DNA of 64,000 bases from Candidatus Dormiibacterota bacterium. Lineage in GTDB: Bacteria; Chloroflexota; Dormibacteria; Aeolococcales; Bog-877. How positions within the stretch are numbered: the stretch's first letter is position 1; each line of letters begins with the position of its first letter. A program made the position numbers and the translations under genes. Where the stretch lies: positions 21,333-85,332 of the forward strand of contig DATLRN010000010.1 in the NCBI GenBank assembly GCA_035534695.1, read 5' to 3'. The notes beneath the pieces were generated by a model, which saw only the letters and a program-made list of their open reading frames with translations, was not told the origin of the DNA and ran no database searches. Positions 1-8,849 of this stretch are shown here, piece by piece.

Positions 1-674
1 CTCCGAAAACTCAAGCCGCTTTGCTCGAGGGGATGCAGGAGCGGCAGGTCACTATCGAAGGCCACACCATGGTCTTGCCTCGGCCATTCTTGGTCATGGC
101 CACGCAGAACCCGATCGAGTATGAAGGGACCTACCCTCTGCCTGAGGCTCAGCTCGACCGTTTTCTGCTGCGGGCCAGCGTCGGGTATCCCGATCCAGCC
201 GACGAGGAGCGCATGGTGCGCGAGCGCCACCTCCGTCAGCACGATGAGGTGCGCCTCACCCCAGTTCTTGACGGGCCAACGCTGCTCGCCTGCCAAGCGG
301 CCGTCGAGGGAGTACTGGTCACGGACGACCTCTTCCATTACATCGTTCAGCTTGTGGGGGCGACACGGCAGAGCCCACGCGTGCTGGTCGGGGCCAGCCC
401 GCGGGGGACGCTTGCGCTGCTTCGTCTTTCCCGTGCCCGCGCCGCTCTGATGGGCCGAGACTTCGTCGTTCCGGACGACATTCAGGCGGTGGCGGTACCA
501 GCATTGGCGCATAGACTCACTCTCCGCCCGGAGCTGTGGGCGCAGCGCATACGAGCGGCCGACGTCGTCCTGGAGTGCCTCAAGACCGTTCCTGTGCCAC
601 CCACCCTGCCCCCAGAGATGATGAGGTCGCTGGCAATAGCGGCAGAGGGCGGAGAGTCCCCGAGGCAGGAATGA
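1..674 (+). CDS. MoxR-like AAA+ ATPase, C-terminal part (N-terminus outside window)
   Basis: The reading frame is open to the window edge. FLVMATQNPIEYEGTYPLPEAQLDRF and the following lid region are typical of MoxR/AAA_3. The stop overlaps the next start (ATGA at 671-674). Confidence 0.85.
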   Translation, partial: PKTQAALLEGMQERQVTIEGHTMVLPRPFLVMATQNPIEYEGTYPLPEAQLDRFLLRASVGYPDPADEERMVRERHLRQHDEVRLTPVLDGPTLLACQAAVEGVLVTDDLFHYIVQLVGATRQSPRVLVGASPRGTLALLRLSRARAALMGRDFVVPDDIQAVAVPALAHRLTLRPELWAQRIRAADVVLECLKTVPVPPTLPPEMMRSLAIAAEGGESPRQE

Positions 675-2035
675 GCCGGCCCGCCTCGTCAGCACGAGGC
701 CGATCTTCGAGCGGTGACTTTTCGCAGGTGGGTTGGCCAGCACCAGATGGCCGCGTGGCCTTCGTCAGCCAGCCTACCGCTCAATTGGGCGGCTTGCTCT
801 TCCTGGTCGCCTCGGGTTGTCTAGGCGCCTTGGCTCTTGGGCTGCCTGCCTTGGCAGCGGTCGTGGCGCCGATGGGGCTGTGGCTGCTCTGGGGCCTGAT
901 GGCCGCGGGCCAGACGAGCTGCCAGGTAAGCCTGGTTCTGGACCGCGATCGGGCGGTGGAAGGAGAAGTCGTAGAGCTCACCGTGGTTGTCCAACGCGCG
1001 CGATCGTTCCAGCGCGTGCTCTGCAGCGTATCCCTACCACCGGGCCTCACCGCCGATCCACCTCCTGCTCGTCTGGCAATGGCGCCGAACCGGAGTGGGA
1101 CAGCTTCCTCCACCCTCTCAATCCGCTGCGGCCAATGGGGAATCCACCGGATCGATCCCTGCTTGGTGGTCGCCCGCAATGCATTCGGCATCTCTCAAGC
1201 GTGGGGAAGGAGCCTCAACTCGGTCGAAGTTAATGTCTATCCAGCCGCGCCACGCCTTAGTGGCGGCGTAAGACCTTGGGCAACCCAAGTGTATGTGGGC
1301 GAAGAGAGGGCTCGAGAGCGAGGCCAGGGGTTTGAATTCGCCGACATACGCCAGTACCAGCCCGGGGACCAGACGCGGCGCATCAACTGGACGGTGACAG
1401 CGCGGAGGTCTGAGCCGTACGTCAACTTGCAGCACCCAGAGCGCAATGTGGACATCGTCCTCCTTGTCGACGCCTTCACCGACCTGCAGCTGGGGAGCAA
1501 CAGCACGCTGGCATGGGCTGGGAGGGCTGCAGCGGCACTGGCTGAGCTTCATCTCGCGCGCCGAGATCGGGTCGGTCTGCTCTCATATGGAGGAGTACTG
1601 CGGTCGCTGCCACCGGGCTCAGGAACCACTCATCTCTATCGGTTCCTGGACTCTCTGATCGAGACCGAGGTGGTATCGAGCTTCGAGCGTCCTACCCTGA
1701 ATCGGCTACCACCGCGGTCATTGCCGCCCCAAGCTCTGGTGATCGCGTTCACACCCCTGGTGGATCCGCGGATGATCAAGGTGCTTCTGGAGCTGCATGG
1801 CCGGGGATGCGATCTGGCCGTAGTCGAGATCGACCCGGAGCGATTTACCTCTTGGGGTACGGGCACCGGCGAAGATGCCAGCCGACGGATTTGGCGGCTG
1901 GTCCGTTCAGCCGCGCGCCGCGACATTTGGCGCTCTGGGGTGCCACTGGTTCGCTGGGACACCTCCGACCCGCTCGATGCCGCGCTTGTTCAAATCAATC
2001 AAATGAGGCATGGGCGATGGCGCGTCCGGGCCTGA
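671..2035 (+). CDS. DUF58 family protein (vWA-like partner of MoxR)
   Basis: ATG 671 overlaps the MoxR stop. FEFADIRQYQPGDQTRRINW and NVDIVLLVDAF are DUF58 hallmarks. The N-terminus is hydrophobic. The longer track start at 536 would overlap MoxR and is rejected. Confidence 0.8.
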   Translation: MSRPASSARGRSSSGDFSQVGWPAPDGRVAFVSQPTAQLGGLLFLVASGCLGALALGLPALAAVVAPMGLWLLWGLMAAGQTSCQVSLVLDRDRAVEGEVVELTVVVQRARSFQRVLCSVSLPPGLTADPPPARLAMAPNRSGTASSTLSIRCGQWGIHRIDPCLVVARNAFGISQAWGRSLNSVEVNVYPAAPRLSGGVRPWATQVYVGEERARERGQGFEFADIRQYQPGDQTRRINWTVTARRSEPYVNLQHPERNVDIVLLVDAFTDLQLGSNSTLAWAGRAAAALAELHLARRDRVGLLSYGGVLRSLPPGSGTTHLYRFLDSLIETEVVSSFERPTLNRLPPRSLPPQALVIAFTPLVDPRMIKVLLELHGRGCDLAVVEIDPERFTSWGTGTGEDASRRIWRLVRSAARRDIWRSGVPLVRWDTSDPLDAALVQINQMRHGRWRVRA

Positions 2036-3126
2036 TCCCGCAACTGACCGTCGGCAGTCTGGCCGTGGCCGTCACCGGTCTCGTCGCCGTGCAGATCCTC
2101 AACCTTGGTCCGCTCCTTCCACAGATCGCTCTGACCGGCGGAGTGGGCGCTCTCGTCGCGGCGGCCCTAGCCGTGGGCCTAAGGAGACCACGACTGGTTT
2201 CCGTGGCTGGAGTTGGGCTTGTGCTCGCGTATGCGCTTGCTGTCGTGCAAAGGCCGGACTCTTCCGTCGCAGCCGCCTCAGCACCTGTCATTGCGGGCGG
2301 AATCTTCCTCAGCACTCAGTTGGGCTGGTGGGCGACAGAGCTACGTACAACAGCTCGAGAATCCGCGGTGGACCTCACCCGCCGGGGGGCTCAGCTCGGA
2401 GCCAGCGCGGTAGCCATCGGAGTTATCGCTGAAGTCATCTGGCAGGCCGGGCGTATTCATTTAGGTCAGGGTCTGCAGTTCATGCTCCTCGGTCTCTTGG
2501 CGGCCATCGGACTTGTAGCTCTATTTTTGGGTGTAGTCACTCGTCGGCGCTATGCGAGGAATCAGCTCCTGAGTGACCAACCCGCCCTTCAACCGCGTTC
2601 TGCTGATGGGCATTCCGGCCTCGTTTCAACCCCGAAGCGATTCGGCAGGCTCGTTGCTCCAGCCGACGCCACATCATCACGAGTCGCGCACAATCGAGTC
2701 GCCTTACGGACAATGATTGCAGCGATTCTGCTCCTGACGGATGCCGCAGTCACCGCGGTGGACCTTCACTACTCGGGAGCGAAGAATGCCGCTCCCGGCA
2801 TCGCCCTTGGGCTCATCGTGGCCGGAGCAATAGTTTTGGCTTGGCTGGGACTGAGTCTGGGAGCACTCGTGCGACCTGTTGCCGATTTAGAGGAGCGCCC
2901 ACTCACCCACAAGCCACCGCCGCCCGCCGATCTTGGCAGCCTGGGTGTGATTAGATCACTGACTCGGCGCGCTTGGAGGACGGGACGGTGCGACGCCGAA
3001 TTCGGCACGTACCTGGTATCGCTTGGCGACCGACTGGCAGGCGAACATGAGATGGAGACGGTCCCACGATCAGTAGCCGACATCGGGGCTCTGCTAGCAG
3101 ACTTGGAGCGCGCGGCCGATGCTTGA
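2017..3126 (+). CDS. polytopic membrane protein, unknown function
   Basis: An in-frame ATG at 2017 sits just before the DUF58 stop. There are many hydrophobic segments (LAVAVTGLVAVQIL, VGLVLAYALAVV, LLGLLAAIGLVALFLGVV). GC3 is high. Confidence 0.55.
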   Translation: MARPGLIPQLTVGSLAVAVTGLVAVQILNLGPLLPQIALTGGVGALVAAALAVGLRRPRLVSVAGVGLVLAYALAVVQRPDSSVAAASAPVIAGGIFLSTQLGWWATELRTTARESAVDLTRRGAQLGASAVAIGVIAEVIWQAGRIHLGQGLQFMLLGLLAAIGLVALFLGVVTRRRYARNQLLSDQPALQPRSADGHSGLVSTPKRFGRLVAPADATSSRVAHNRVALRTMIAAILLLTDAAVTAVDLHYSGAKNAAPGIALGLIVAGAIVLAWLGLSLGALVRPVADLEERPLTHKPPPPADLGSLGVIRSLTRRAWRTGRCDAEFGTYLVSLGDRLAGEHEMETVPRSVADIGALLADLERAADA

Positions 3127-3799
3127 CTCACCCCGGTGGGCAGCGCGATCGATATTCTCGGTCATCGTACTGAGTCTGGTTGCGGGTTCTCTAGTTGCCC
3201 TTGTGGTGACCATGAGCACTTCGCGAGTCGGGACAATCAAGTTGCCGGAGAATAGCCTCGCCCGCTCCGTCGGCATCGGCCCAGGGCATCCAGGGGGTTT
3301 CTTGACCCCAGCGTGTCACGCGGCGAATGCGCGATGCCGGCGAGATATCGGCTCCGCCCGGGCGTCGGGCACCTCGGTACCATCGTGGGAACTCGCGATC
3401 GCCGGCTTGCTTGCTGCTGGCGCGGCCGGCGTCCTCTTGAAGACGCGGCGCACACAGCTGAGTGACCCCAGCCAAGTCAGCTCCAGTCTTGAATCATCGC
3501 CCAGGACTCGGCGAACGCCGGGCAACCCGAGGGAGATGGTGCTGGCGGCCTTCGCCGATGTCGAGGAACGCCTCACGAGCCGCGGGATTGCTAGAGAGAC
3601 ATGGGAGGCTCCGGAAAACTACCTGGCGCGGGCTGTACCGGGCAACACCCGCGCCGGATCCCCAGCTGGCAAATTGGCCCGACTTTATGCCCTGGCGCGT
3701 TATTCCCGGCATCCGATCGACAGGTCTTCGGCCACACAGGCCGAGGAGGCAGCGGCGGAGTTGAGCGACCACTTCGATCCGCCCTCCGAGGTTACATAA
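3119..3799 (+). CDS. membrane-anchored DUF4129-like protein, copy 1
   Basis: An N-terminal TM segment and a second TM (WELAIAGLLAAGAAGVLL). The C-terminal block REMVLAAFADVEERLTSRGIARETWEAPENY...LARLYALARYSRHP resembles DUF4129, which is found with MoxR/DUF58/transglutaminase loci. Confidence 0.65.
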   Translation: MLDSPRWAARSIFSVIVLSLVAGSLVALVVTMSTSRVGTIKLPENSLARSVGIGPGHPGGFLTPACHAANARCRRDIGSARASGTSVPSWELAIAGLLAAGAAGVLLKTRRTQLSDPSQVSSSLESSPRTRRTPGNPREMVLAAFADVEERLTSRGIARETWEAPENYLARAVPGNTRAGSPAGKLARLYALARYSRHPIDRSSATQAEEAAAELSDHFDPPSEVT

Positions 3800-3878
3800 A
3801 AGGTGCGCCGACTTACTGAGGCCGAGGAACCCAGCGTCGACCTAGCGCCTCTGCTGGACGCCGTCGAGCGGATCCAGG

Positions 3879-4550
3879 ATGAGTAATCCTCGCACACGTC
3901 TCGGGCAGTCGATGCCCTGGCTCATCGTGCTAAGTCTGGTCGCGACTTCTCTAGTTACCCTTGTTGTGATCATGAGCACTTCCCGAATCGGGACGATCAG
4001 GTTGCCCGAGCATAGACATACCGTCGTCCACATCCGCAAGAGGTCCCCAGGCGACGGCCACCTACCTTGTGACGCGGTCGGTGCCCAATGCCGTCGTGCT
4101 GTCACTCCATCCCGGGGCAGGAGCACTCCGGTGCCGCAGTGGGAACTCGCGCTCGCCGGCTTGCTTGCTGCAGGCGCGGTCGGCGTCCTCTGGAAGACGC
4201 GCCGCACACAGCTGAGTGACGCCAGCGACGCCGGCACCAGTCCTGAGTCATCGCCCAAGGCTCGCCGAACGCCGGCTAACCCCAGGGAGATCGTGCTGGC
4301 GGCCTTTGCCGATATCGAAGAACGCCTCACGAGCCGCGGGATTGCTAGCGAGACTTGGGAGGCACCGGAGAGCTACCCGGGTAGGGCGATACCGGACAGC
4401 GGACACTCCAGTCGCGCTGCTCACACACTGGCGCGCTTGTACGCACTGGCGCGCTACTCACATCACTCCATTGACACGGTCGCTGCGACCCAGGCTCTTG
4501 CTGCGTCGACTGAGCTGGCCTCCAGGTTGAGCACAGGCTCTAGCGTCTGA
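3879..4550 (+). CDS. membrane-anchored DUF4129-like protein, copy 2 (paralog of 3119..3799)
   Basis: It has the same architecture and long blocks identical to copy 1 (KTRRTQLSD, VLAAFAD.EERLTSRGIA.ETWEAPE, LARLYALARYS). Confidence 0.65.
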   Translation: MSNPRTRLGQSMPWLIVLSLVATSLVTLVVIMSTSRIGTIRLPEHRHTVVHIRKRSPGDGHLPCDAVGAQCRRAVTPSRGRSTPVPQWELALAGLLAAGAVGVLWKTRRTQLSDASDAGTSPESSPKARRTPANPREIVLAAFADIEERLTSRGIASETWEAPESYPGRAIPDSGHSSRAAHTLARLYALARYSHHSIDTVAATQALAASTELASRLSTGSSV

Positions 4551-4697
4551 TCCAAGCGCAAGGGCATCCGAGATTGGAAATTGAAAAAATTGGGAAAGTG
4601 GGCTGAAAATGGGGCTCCAGCCTTCGTCAGAGTGTGCCTACCCGCTGAGCCTTCAAGAAACGCGCAAGGGCTCACGACGGTCGTCACCCTGTTTGGC

Positions 4698-5132
4698 ATG
4701 ACGGCTAGGGACAAAGTAACGAACCACCCCGGCTGGGGCTTGGCAGTGCTTGCAGGGCTGATGATGGTGCTGACGGGCTGTTCCGCTGCCTCTCCGCTAC
4801 CCGGACGGGATGGCCAAGTGGTGGGCGGAATCGCCGCCTGCACTGGTGCCCGGGAACTGCATCGCCCGGGGTTCGTCGCAGGCACGGTGCGCGTGTTGCG
4901 AGGTACTGTCTCTGAGACGCCGACACAGGCCAACGGCGATACCACGGTGCTGCCCACGGATCAGGTAGCATCGGCTCACGTAGCCAAGCTCCAGAAGTAC
5001 CGTTTTACCTTGAAACCAGGGCGATATGTGCTCGTGGCCCACTACGCAAGGTCGAACATTGTGTCTTGGGTGGCAGTCCTCATCCGGACTGGCAAGGTGA
5101 CCAACCAGAGTATCCCCACCCCATGTATTTAG
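4698..5132 (+). CDS. putative lipoprotein
   Basis: From ATG 4698 the signal peptide reads MTARDKVTNHPGWGLAVLAGLMMVLTGCSAAS, which contains a lipobox (LTGC). No family was recognised. Confidence 0.5.
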   Translation: MTARDKVTNHPGWGLAVLAGLMMVLTGCSAASPLPGRDGQVVGGIAACTGARELHRPGFVAGTVRVLRGTVSETPTQANGDTTVLPTDQVASAHVAKLQKYRFTLKPGRYVLVAHYARSNIVSWVAVLIRTGKVTNQSIPTPCI

Positions 5133-5187
5133 CAGCGTTGGCATGTGCGGCGAGAAGTACTCGCGGTCAGCATTGTCGACCCTGGCC

Positions 5188-6288
5188 TCAGCTACCGGCG
5201 CCGTCTGCGGTAGCGAGCTCCAAGTAGGCTGCCCGTTCTTGCTCACTCAACGGGGAGCTTCCGGCGGCGAGAACCCTGACGCGCAGGAAGAGGTCTCCCC
5301 CTGCTGCTGCCGCCTTGAGGGCGGGGATGCCCTTGCCCGCCACGCGCAGCGTTCTTCCCGGTGGACAGTTCTCGGGAATCGTCAACTCCAGTTTTCCCGC
5401 CGGCCCGGTGGTCACGACTTTGCCCCCCAGGGCGGCGCGGTAATCACGCACCGGTAAGTCCTGATAAACATTGCGGCCCTTGACCTCAGTACCGGTCGGC
5501 AGCTTGAGCCGGACCTTGAGGTAGAGATCGCCGCGCTTGCCGTCGCCCACTCCGCTGGCGCCCTCGCCGGCCACGCGGATCCTCGAGCCCTCGGTCACCC
5601 CCTTGGGGATCGTCACCTTGAGATTCCGTCGTCGGTACTGACGGCCGGAGCCGGAGCAAGCCGGACAGGCCTTGACCCCGACCTTGGTCGCGGTTCCGCC
5701 GCCACCGCTGGCTTCAGTCACCCGGCCGCTGCCGCCACAGGCGGGGCAGCTCTCGACGATGGAGACCTGCATGGTCCGGTCCCCGCCCTGCATGGCCTCG
5801 GCGAGGCTCACCTCGAGTTGGTCTTCGCTGTCGGCCCCCTTCTTGGCGGCGAGGTTCTCCCGCCGGAGTTGCTCCATCTGGGCTTCAATCCAGGGATCGT
5901 TGGGGTCGCTACCGCGGCCGCTAAAGAAGGTCTCGAAGAAGTCGCTGAACCCGCCGAATCGGGCCCCGGCTCGATCCGCCGCCCGCTGGGCGGTCTCCCG
6001 AGCACGAGTTCCGGCGTCGGCGAAGGGCTGACCGTGCTCGCGACGGAAGGCCTCGGCCCTTTCGATCTGCTCCCAGTCCGACCCCAAGCGATCGTATTTG
6101 GAGCGTTTCTCGGGGTCCTTGAGAACCTCGTAGGCCTCGTTGACGCGCTTGAATCGCTCCGTTGCCTTGGGATCCTTGTTGACGTCGGGATGAAGCTCCC
6201 GGGCCAGCTTGCGATAGCGGGCACGGACTTCCTTGTCCGTGGCCGTCCGGGGAACGCCTAGCGTTGCGTAGTAGTCGCGGAACTCCAC
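5188..6288 (-). CDS. J-domain chaperone (DnaJ/CbpA-like)
   Basis: The N-terminus DYYATLGVPRTATDKEVRARYRKLARELHPDVNK contains the HPD motif. Only two CxxCxGxG motifs are present (CPACGGSG, CPACSGSG), followed by DnaJ C-terminal beta-domains. Confidence 0.85.
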   Translation of the reverse strand: MEFRDYYATLGVPRTATDKEVRARYRKLARELHPDVNKDPKATERFKRVNEAYEVLKDPEKRSKYDRLGSDWEQIERAEAFRREHGQPFADAGTRARETAQRAADRAGARFGGFSDFFETFFSGRGSDPNDPWIEAQMEQLRRENLAAKKGADSEDQLEVSLAEAMQGGDRTMQVSIVESCPACGGSGRVTEASGGGGTATKVGVKACPACSGSGRQYRRRNLKVTIPKGVTEGSRIRVAGEGASGVGDGKRGDLYLKVRLKLPTGTEVKGRNVYQDLPVRDYRAALGGKVVTTGPAGKLELTIPENCPPGRTLRVAGKGIPALKAAAAGGDLFLRVRVLAAGSSPLSEQERAAYLELATADGAGS

Positions 6289-6315
6289 AGCTTCAAGGTA
6301 CCGTCTCGGCCCCGC

Positions 6316-7575
6316 TCACGAAACGCTTGTTTCCGGGCCAGGCTCCTCTAGCTGGGATCGGAGCTCGACGATGGCGGCCGCGAGATGGGGCAGGAGGGAG
6401 CTATCGGGAGCGCAACACGTTCCCTCGAATAGAAGGCGGGCCAACTCCTTCCCCGGTCGGGACGTGGACTGGATGACTAGTCCAACCTCACCCGGGGATG
6501 GTCCCCCCAAACCCATCTCCCCAGTGGCGTGGAAATGCCCGTCCTGGGTCAGAGTTCCCCGAGAGGTCGCCGGAGCTGGGTCGGAGCGCCGTTCGCCCAG
6601 TTGATAGAGGATGACCTGGGACCAGCGGCACTCCAAGGTCTGGCTGCTGATCTCTCCGATTCCGAAGCTGGCCAGGTGCTCATCTAGAAGGCCCGGGCCG
6701 CCGCTGTCGCGGGCGGTGAGGCTGAAGAGAGGCACCGATGCCACCAGCCTGGGGTTGATCTCGATGCACCAGATCCTTCCCTCGGTGCCCACCACCAGGT
6801 CCAAGCCAAAGATCCCTCGGTGGCCCAGCCTCTGGAGCCAGTGCGCGGCCTTGAAAGCCAGTTCCTGCACACGTGAGGTTTGAGGCACCGGCTGGCCGTA
6901 GTCGTTGCCGCAGGAACCCAGCGGATGAGGAGTCAGGGTATCGATGCCAGTCAGTTGCAGGCACGCCGGACCGACCACCAGGCTGTCCTCTTTAACAACC
7001 CCGGTCACGGTCACCGGAACCCCCAGGACTCGCTCGGCGATCCGGCAGGTTCGCCCGGCAAACTGCCGGAGGAGAAGGGCGAGCTGGTCTTCAGTCTCGG
7101 CCAGATAGGTCTGTTCGCCGGAGAAGCCTCGCGCCAGTTGAAAGATGACGGGCAGCTTCAGATCACCGGCAGCGGACTGTAGGTCGGCACCCGCGACACC
7201 TGTCTTGGTGGCTGGGATGGGTAGCTCCGCGGCGGGGGCACTGCGGCTGAAGTAGCTCTTGTTCTCGATCCGACGCGCGATCAAGGCGGGCGAGTTGGCC
7301 ACGATGACACCGACTTCTTGGGCCACTTGCTCCACTTGAGCCGAGCTCTTCCACACCACGATGGGGTCCGGTTGCTGGCGCAGAAGGCCCTGAACTCTGG
7401 GATCGGCGAGGAGTGCCGCTGCCGAGGCAGGACCGGGTACTTGAACCCGGGCCCAACCAGGCCTCCCATCGCGGGCAAGCCCGCAATCCTCGGCACAGAT
7501 GGCTCTGAGCCCGGCTGCTAGAACGGGCAGGGGATCGGGACCTATAAAGGTGACGCCTGCATTGCTGGACTTCAT
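6316..7575 (-). CDS. ATP-grasp family ligase, unknown substrate
   Basis: The C-terminal core HRGIFGLDLVVGTEGRIWCIEINPRL is typical of an ATP-grasp fold. The start overlaps the upstream PLP gene stop (ATGA at 7572-7575). Confidence 0.7.
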   Translation of the reverse strand: MKSSNAGVTFIGPDPLPVLAAGLRAICAEDCGLARDGRPGWARVQVPGPASAAALLADPRVQGLLRQQPDPIVVWKSSAQVEQVAQEVGVIVANSPALIARRIENKSYFSRSAPAAELPIPATKTGVAGADLQSAAGDLKLPVIFQLARGFSGEQTYLAETEDQLALLLRQFAGRTCRIAERVLGVPVTVTGVVKEDSLVVGPACLQLTGIDTLTPHPLGSCGNDYGQPVPQTSRVQELAFKAAHWLQRLGHRGIFGLDLVVGTEGRIWCIEINPRLVASVPLFSLTARDSGGPGLLDEHLASFGIGEISSQTLECRWSQVILYQLGERRSDPAPATSRGTLTQDGHFHATGEMGLGGPSPGEVGLVIQSTSRPGKELARLLFEGTCCAPDSSLLPHLAAAIVELRSQLEEPGPETSVS

Positions 7576-8660
7576 GGCGAGCCCGGTTTGGTGAAGGCGG
7601 CCCCTTCGAGAAGGCGATCAAGCTCCTCCTCCGTGTTGGCCGTCGGGAGTGGAGGATCGCCGGAGTGCTGCCTCGGTTCTTGATCGAGTTGCGACTCGTC
7701 TCCAGTCAGCACCGCCACCCACCGGCCCTCCGCCACTGGCGGGGCCGAGGCGGCCGCTTGCCTCATCGCCGCCAGGGTGGCCAGACCTTCCCAGGATGTC
7801 CGCACGCCGTGGCGGGCGGCTACCTCCCGAACTTCTTCAGCTTCTCTGGCGCCGACACGCCAACCCCGCCCGCCGCTGCGGCGAACCTCCCGTCGCAGAG
7901 CCGGCGCCCGCCGCGAGCGGTGGGTGCCGAGCTCACCCGGGAGCGACTCCTCCCGCAGTTGCTGGTGACTCGAGGGGTACCAGGGCCGGGTCAGCTCTCC
8001 GCCGGGCGCGCCCTCCACCACGTGCAGCGCCGGGCGCTGCCCCGGGGCCAGCAGCTGCTCCATGCCCTGGGCGATACCCAGGGCGCAGGCCCCACTGCTG
8101 GAGAAGACGAAGACTGCCGCCAGAGGCTCTTCCTGGACCAGCTCCGCCGCTATCCCCCGGTAGGCGTTGGGGGCGAGCAGGTTGACGGAGCCACGCAGGT
8201 CGGAGAGGCCCCAGTCGCGTACGCCATGGTGCAGAAGACCGACCGGACGGTCGCTGAGTACGGTCAGTTGCTGATAGATCTCAAGCCGTTGCAGCTTGAG
8301 CCGAGGCGTCCGTGGTGAGACCAGGCTCAACATCCGGAGGCCAGCCAAGGAGGCGTATGCCGCCGCCGCGATGGCGGCGTTGCCGGAAGAGGAGATGACC
8401 GCCTGACGGCCACCTGAAGCGAGCAGGACGGAGCAGAGCAAGCTCAGAGAACGCGCCTTGTGCGAGCCCGTTGGGGAGAGGTCTTCGCGCTTGAGCATCA
8501 GGTTGGGAATGCCGAGCTCGGATCCCAGCTCGGCAGCTGCCGCCAACGGCGTCATGCCCTCTCCGAGTGAGAGCTGAGATGCGGCCGGTAGACTGACGCC
8601 GAAGAGTCGGGCGTGGATCCACTGCCCCTGGGGGCCGTCAGCCCCTTCAGCGCCAGGCAT
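7572..8660 (-). CDS. PLP-dependent fold-type II enzyme (threonine synthase / cysteine synthase-like)
   Basis: LMLKREDLSPTGSHKARS carries the PLP lysine motif, and ISSSGNAA is the glycine-rich phosphate loop region. The layout is threonine-synthase-like. Confidence 0.75.
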   Translation of the reverse strand: MPGAEGADGPQGQWIHARLFGVSLPAASQLSLGEGMTPLAAAAELGSELGIPNLMLKREDLSPTGSHKARSLSLLCSVLLASGGRQAVISSSGNAAIAAAAYASLAGLRMLSLVSPRTPRLKLQRLEIYQQLTVLSDRPVGLLHHGVRDWGLSDLRGSVNLLAPNAYRGIAAELVQEEPLAAVFVFSSSGACALGIAQGMEQLLAPGQRPALHVVEGAPGGELTRPWYPSSHQQLREESLPGELGTHRSRRAPALRREVRRSGGRGWRVGAREAEEVREVAARHGVRTSWEGLATLAAMRQAAASAPPVAEGRWVAVLTGDESQLDQEPRQHSGDPPLPTANTEEELDRLLEGAAFTKPGSP

Positions 8661-8675
8661 TAATGGAGGTCTCGC

Positions 8676-8849
8676 GTGAGCACGATCGGCGCCGTCGCCA
8701 AGAACTGCCCCGACTGCGGGACGGCCCTCGACCTCGCCGACGTGGCGGAGATCGGCGACCTCGTCGACTGTCCCAATTGCGGAGCCACCTTCGAACTGGT
8801 CGGACTCAACCCCCTCACTCTGGCCCCATTCGAGGACGAGGAGAAGTAG
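8676..8849 (+). CDS. LysW-like zinc-ribbon amino-group carrier protein paralog (57 aa, not in ORF track)
   Basis: GTG 8676 is preceded by GGAGG (8665-8669). The translation is VSTIGAVAKNCPDCGTALDLADVAEIGDLVDCPNCGATFELVGLNPLTLAPFEDEEK. The CPxC-17 aa-CxxC spacing is identical to the canonical LysW at 59690, and an acidic tail is present. 50 of 57 codons end in G/C. Confidence 0.7.
   Translation: MSTIGAVAKNCPDCGTALDLADVAEIGDLVDCPNCGATFELVGLNPLTLAPFEDEEK

Larger units (their letters stand above)
3119..4550 (+). repeat. tandem duplication of a ~0.7-kb gene unit
   Basis: The two adjacent genes align at DNA level over most of their length, for example gtgggaactcgcg.tcgccggcttgcttgctgc.ggcgcgg.cggcgtcctct.gaagacgcg.cgcacacagctgagtgac in both copies. 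Confidence 0.75.
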
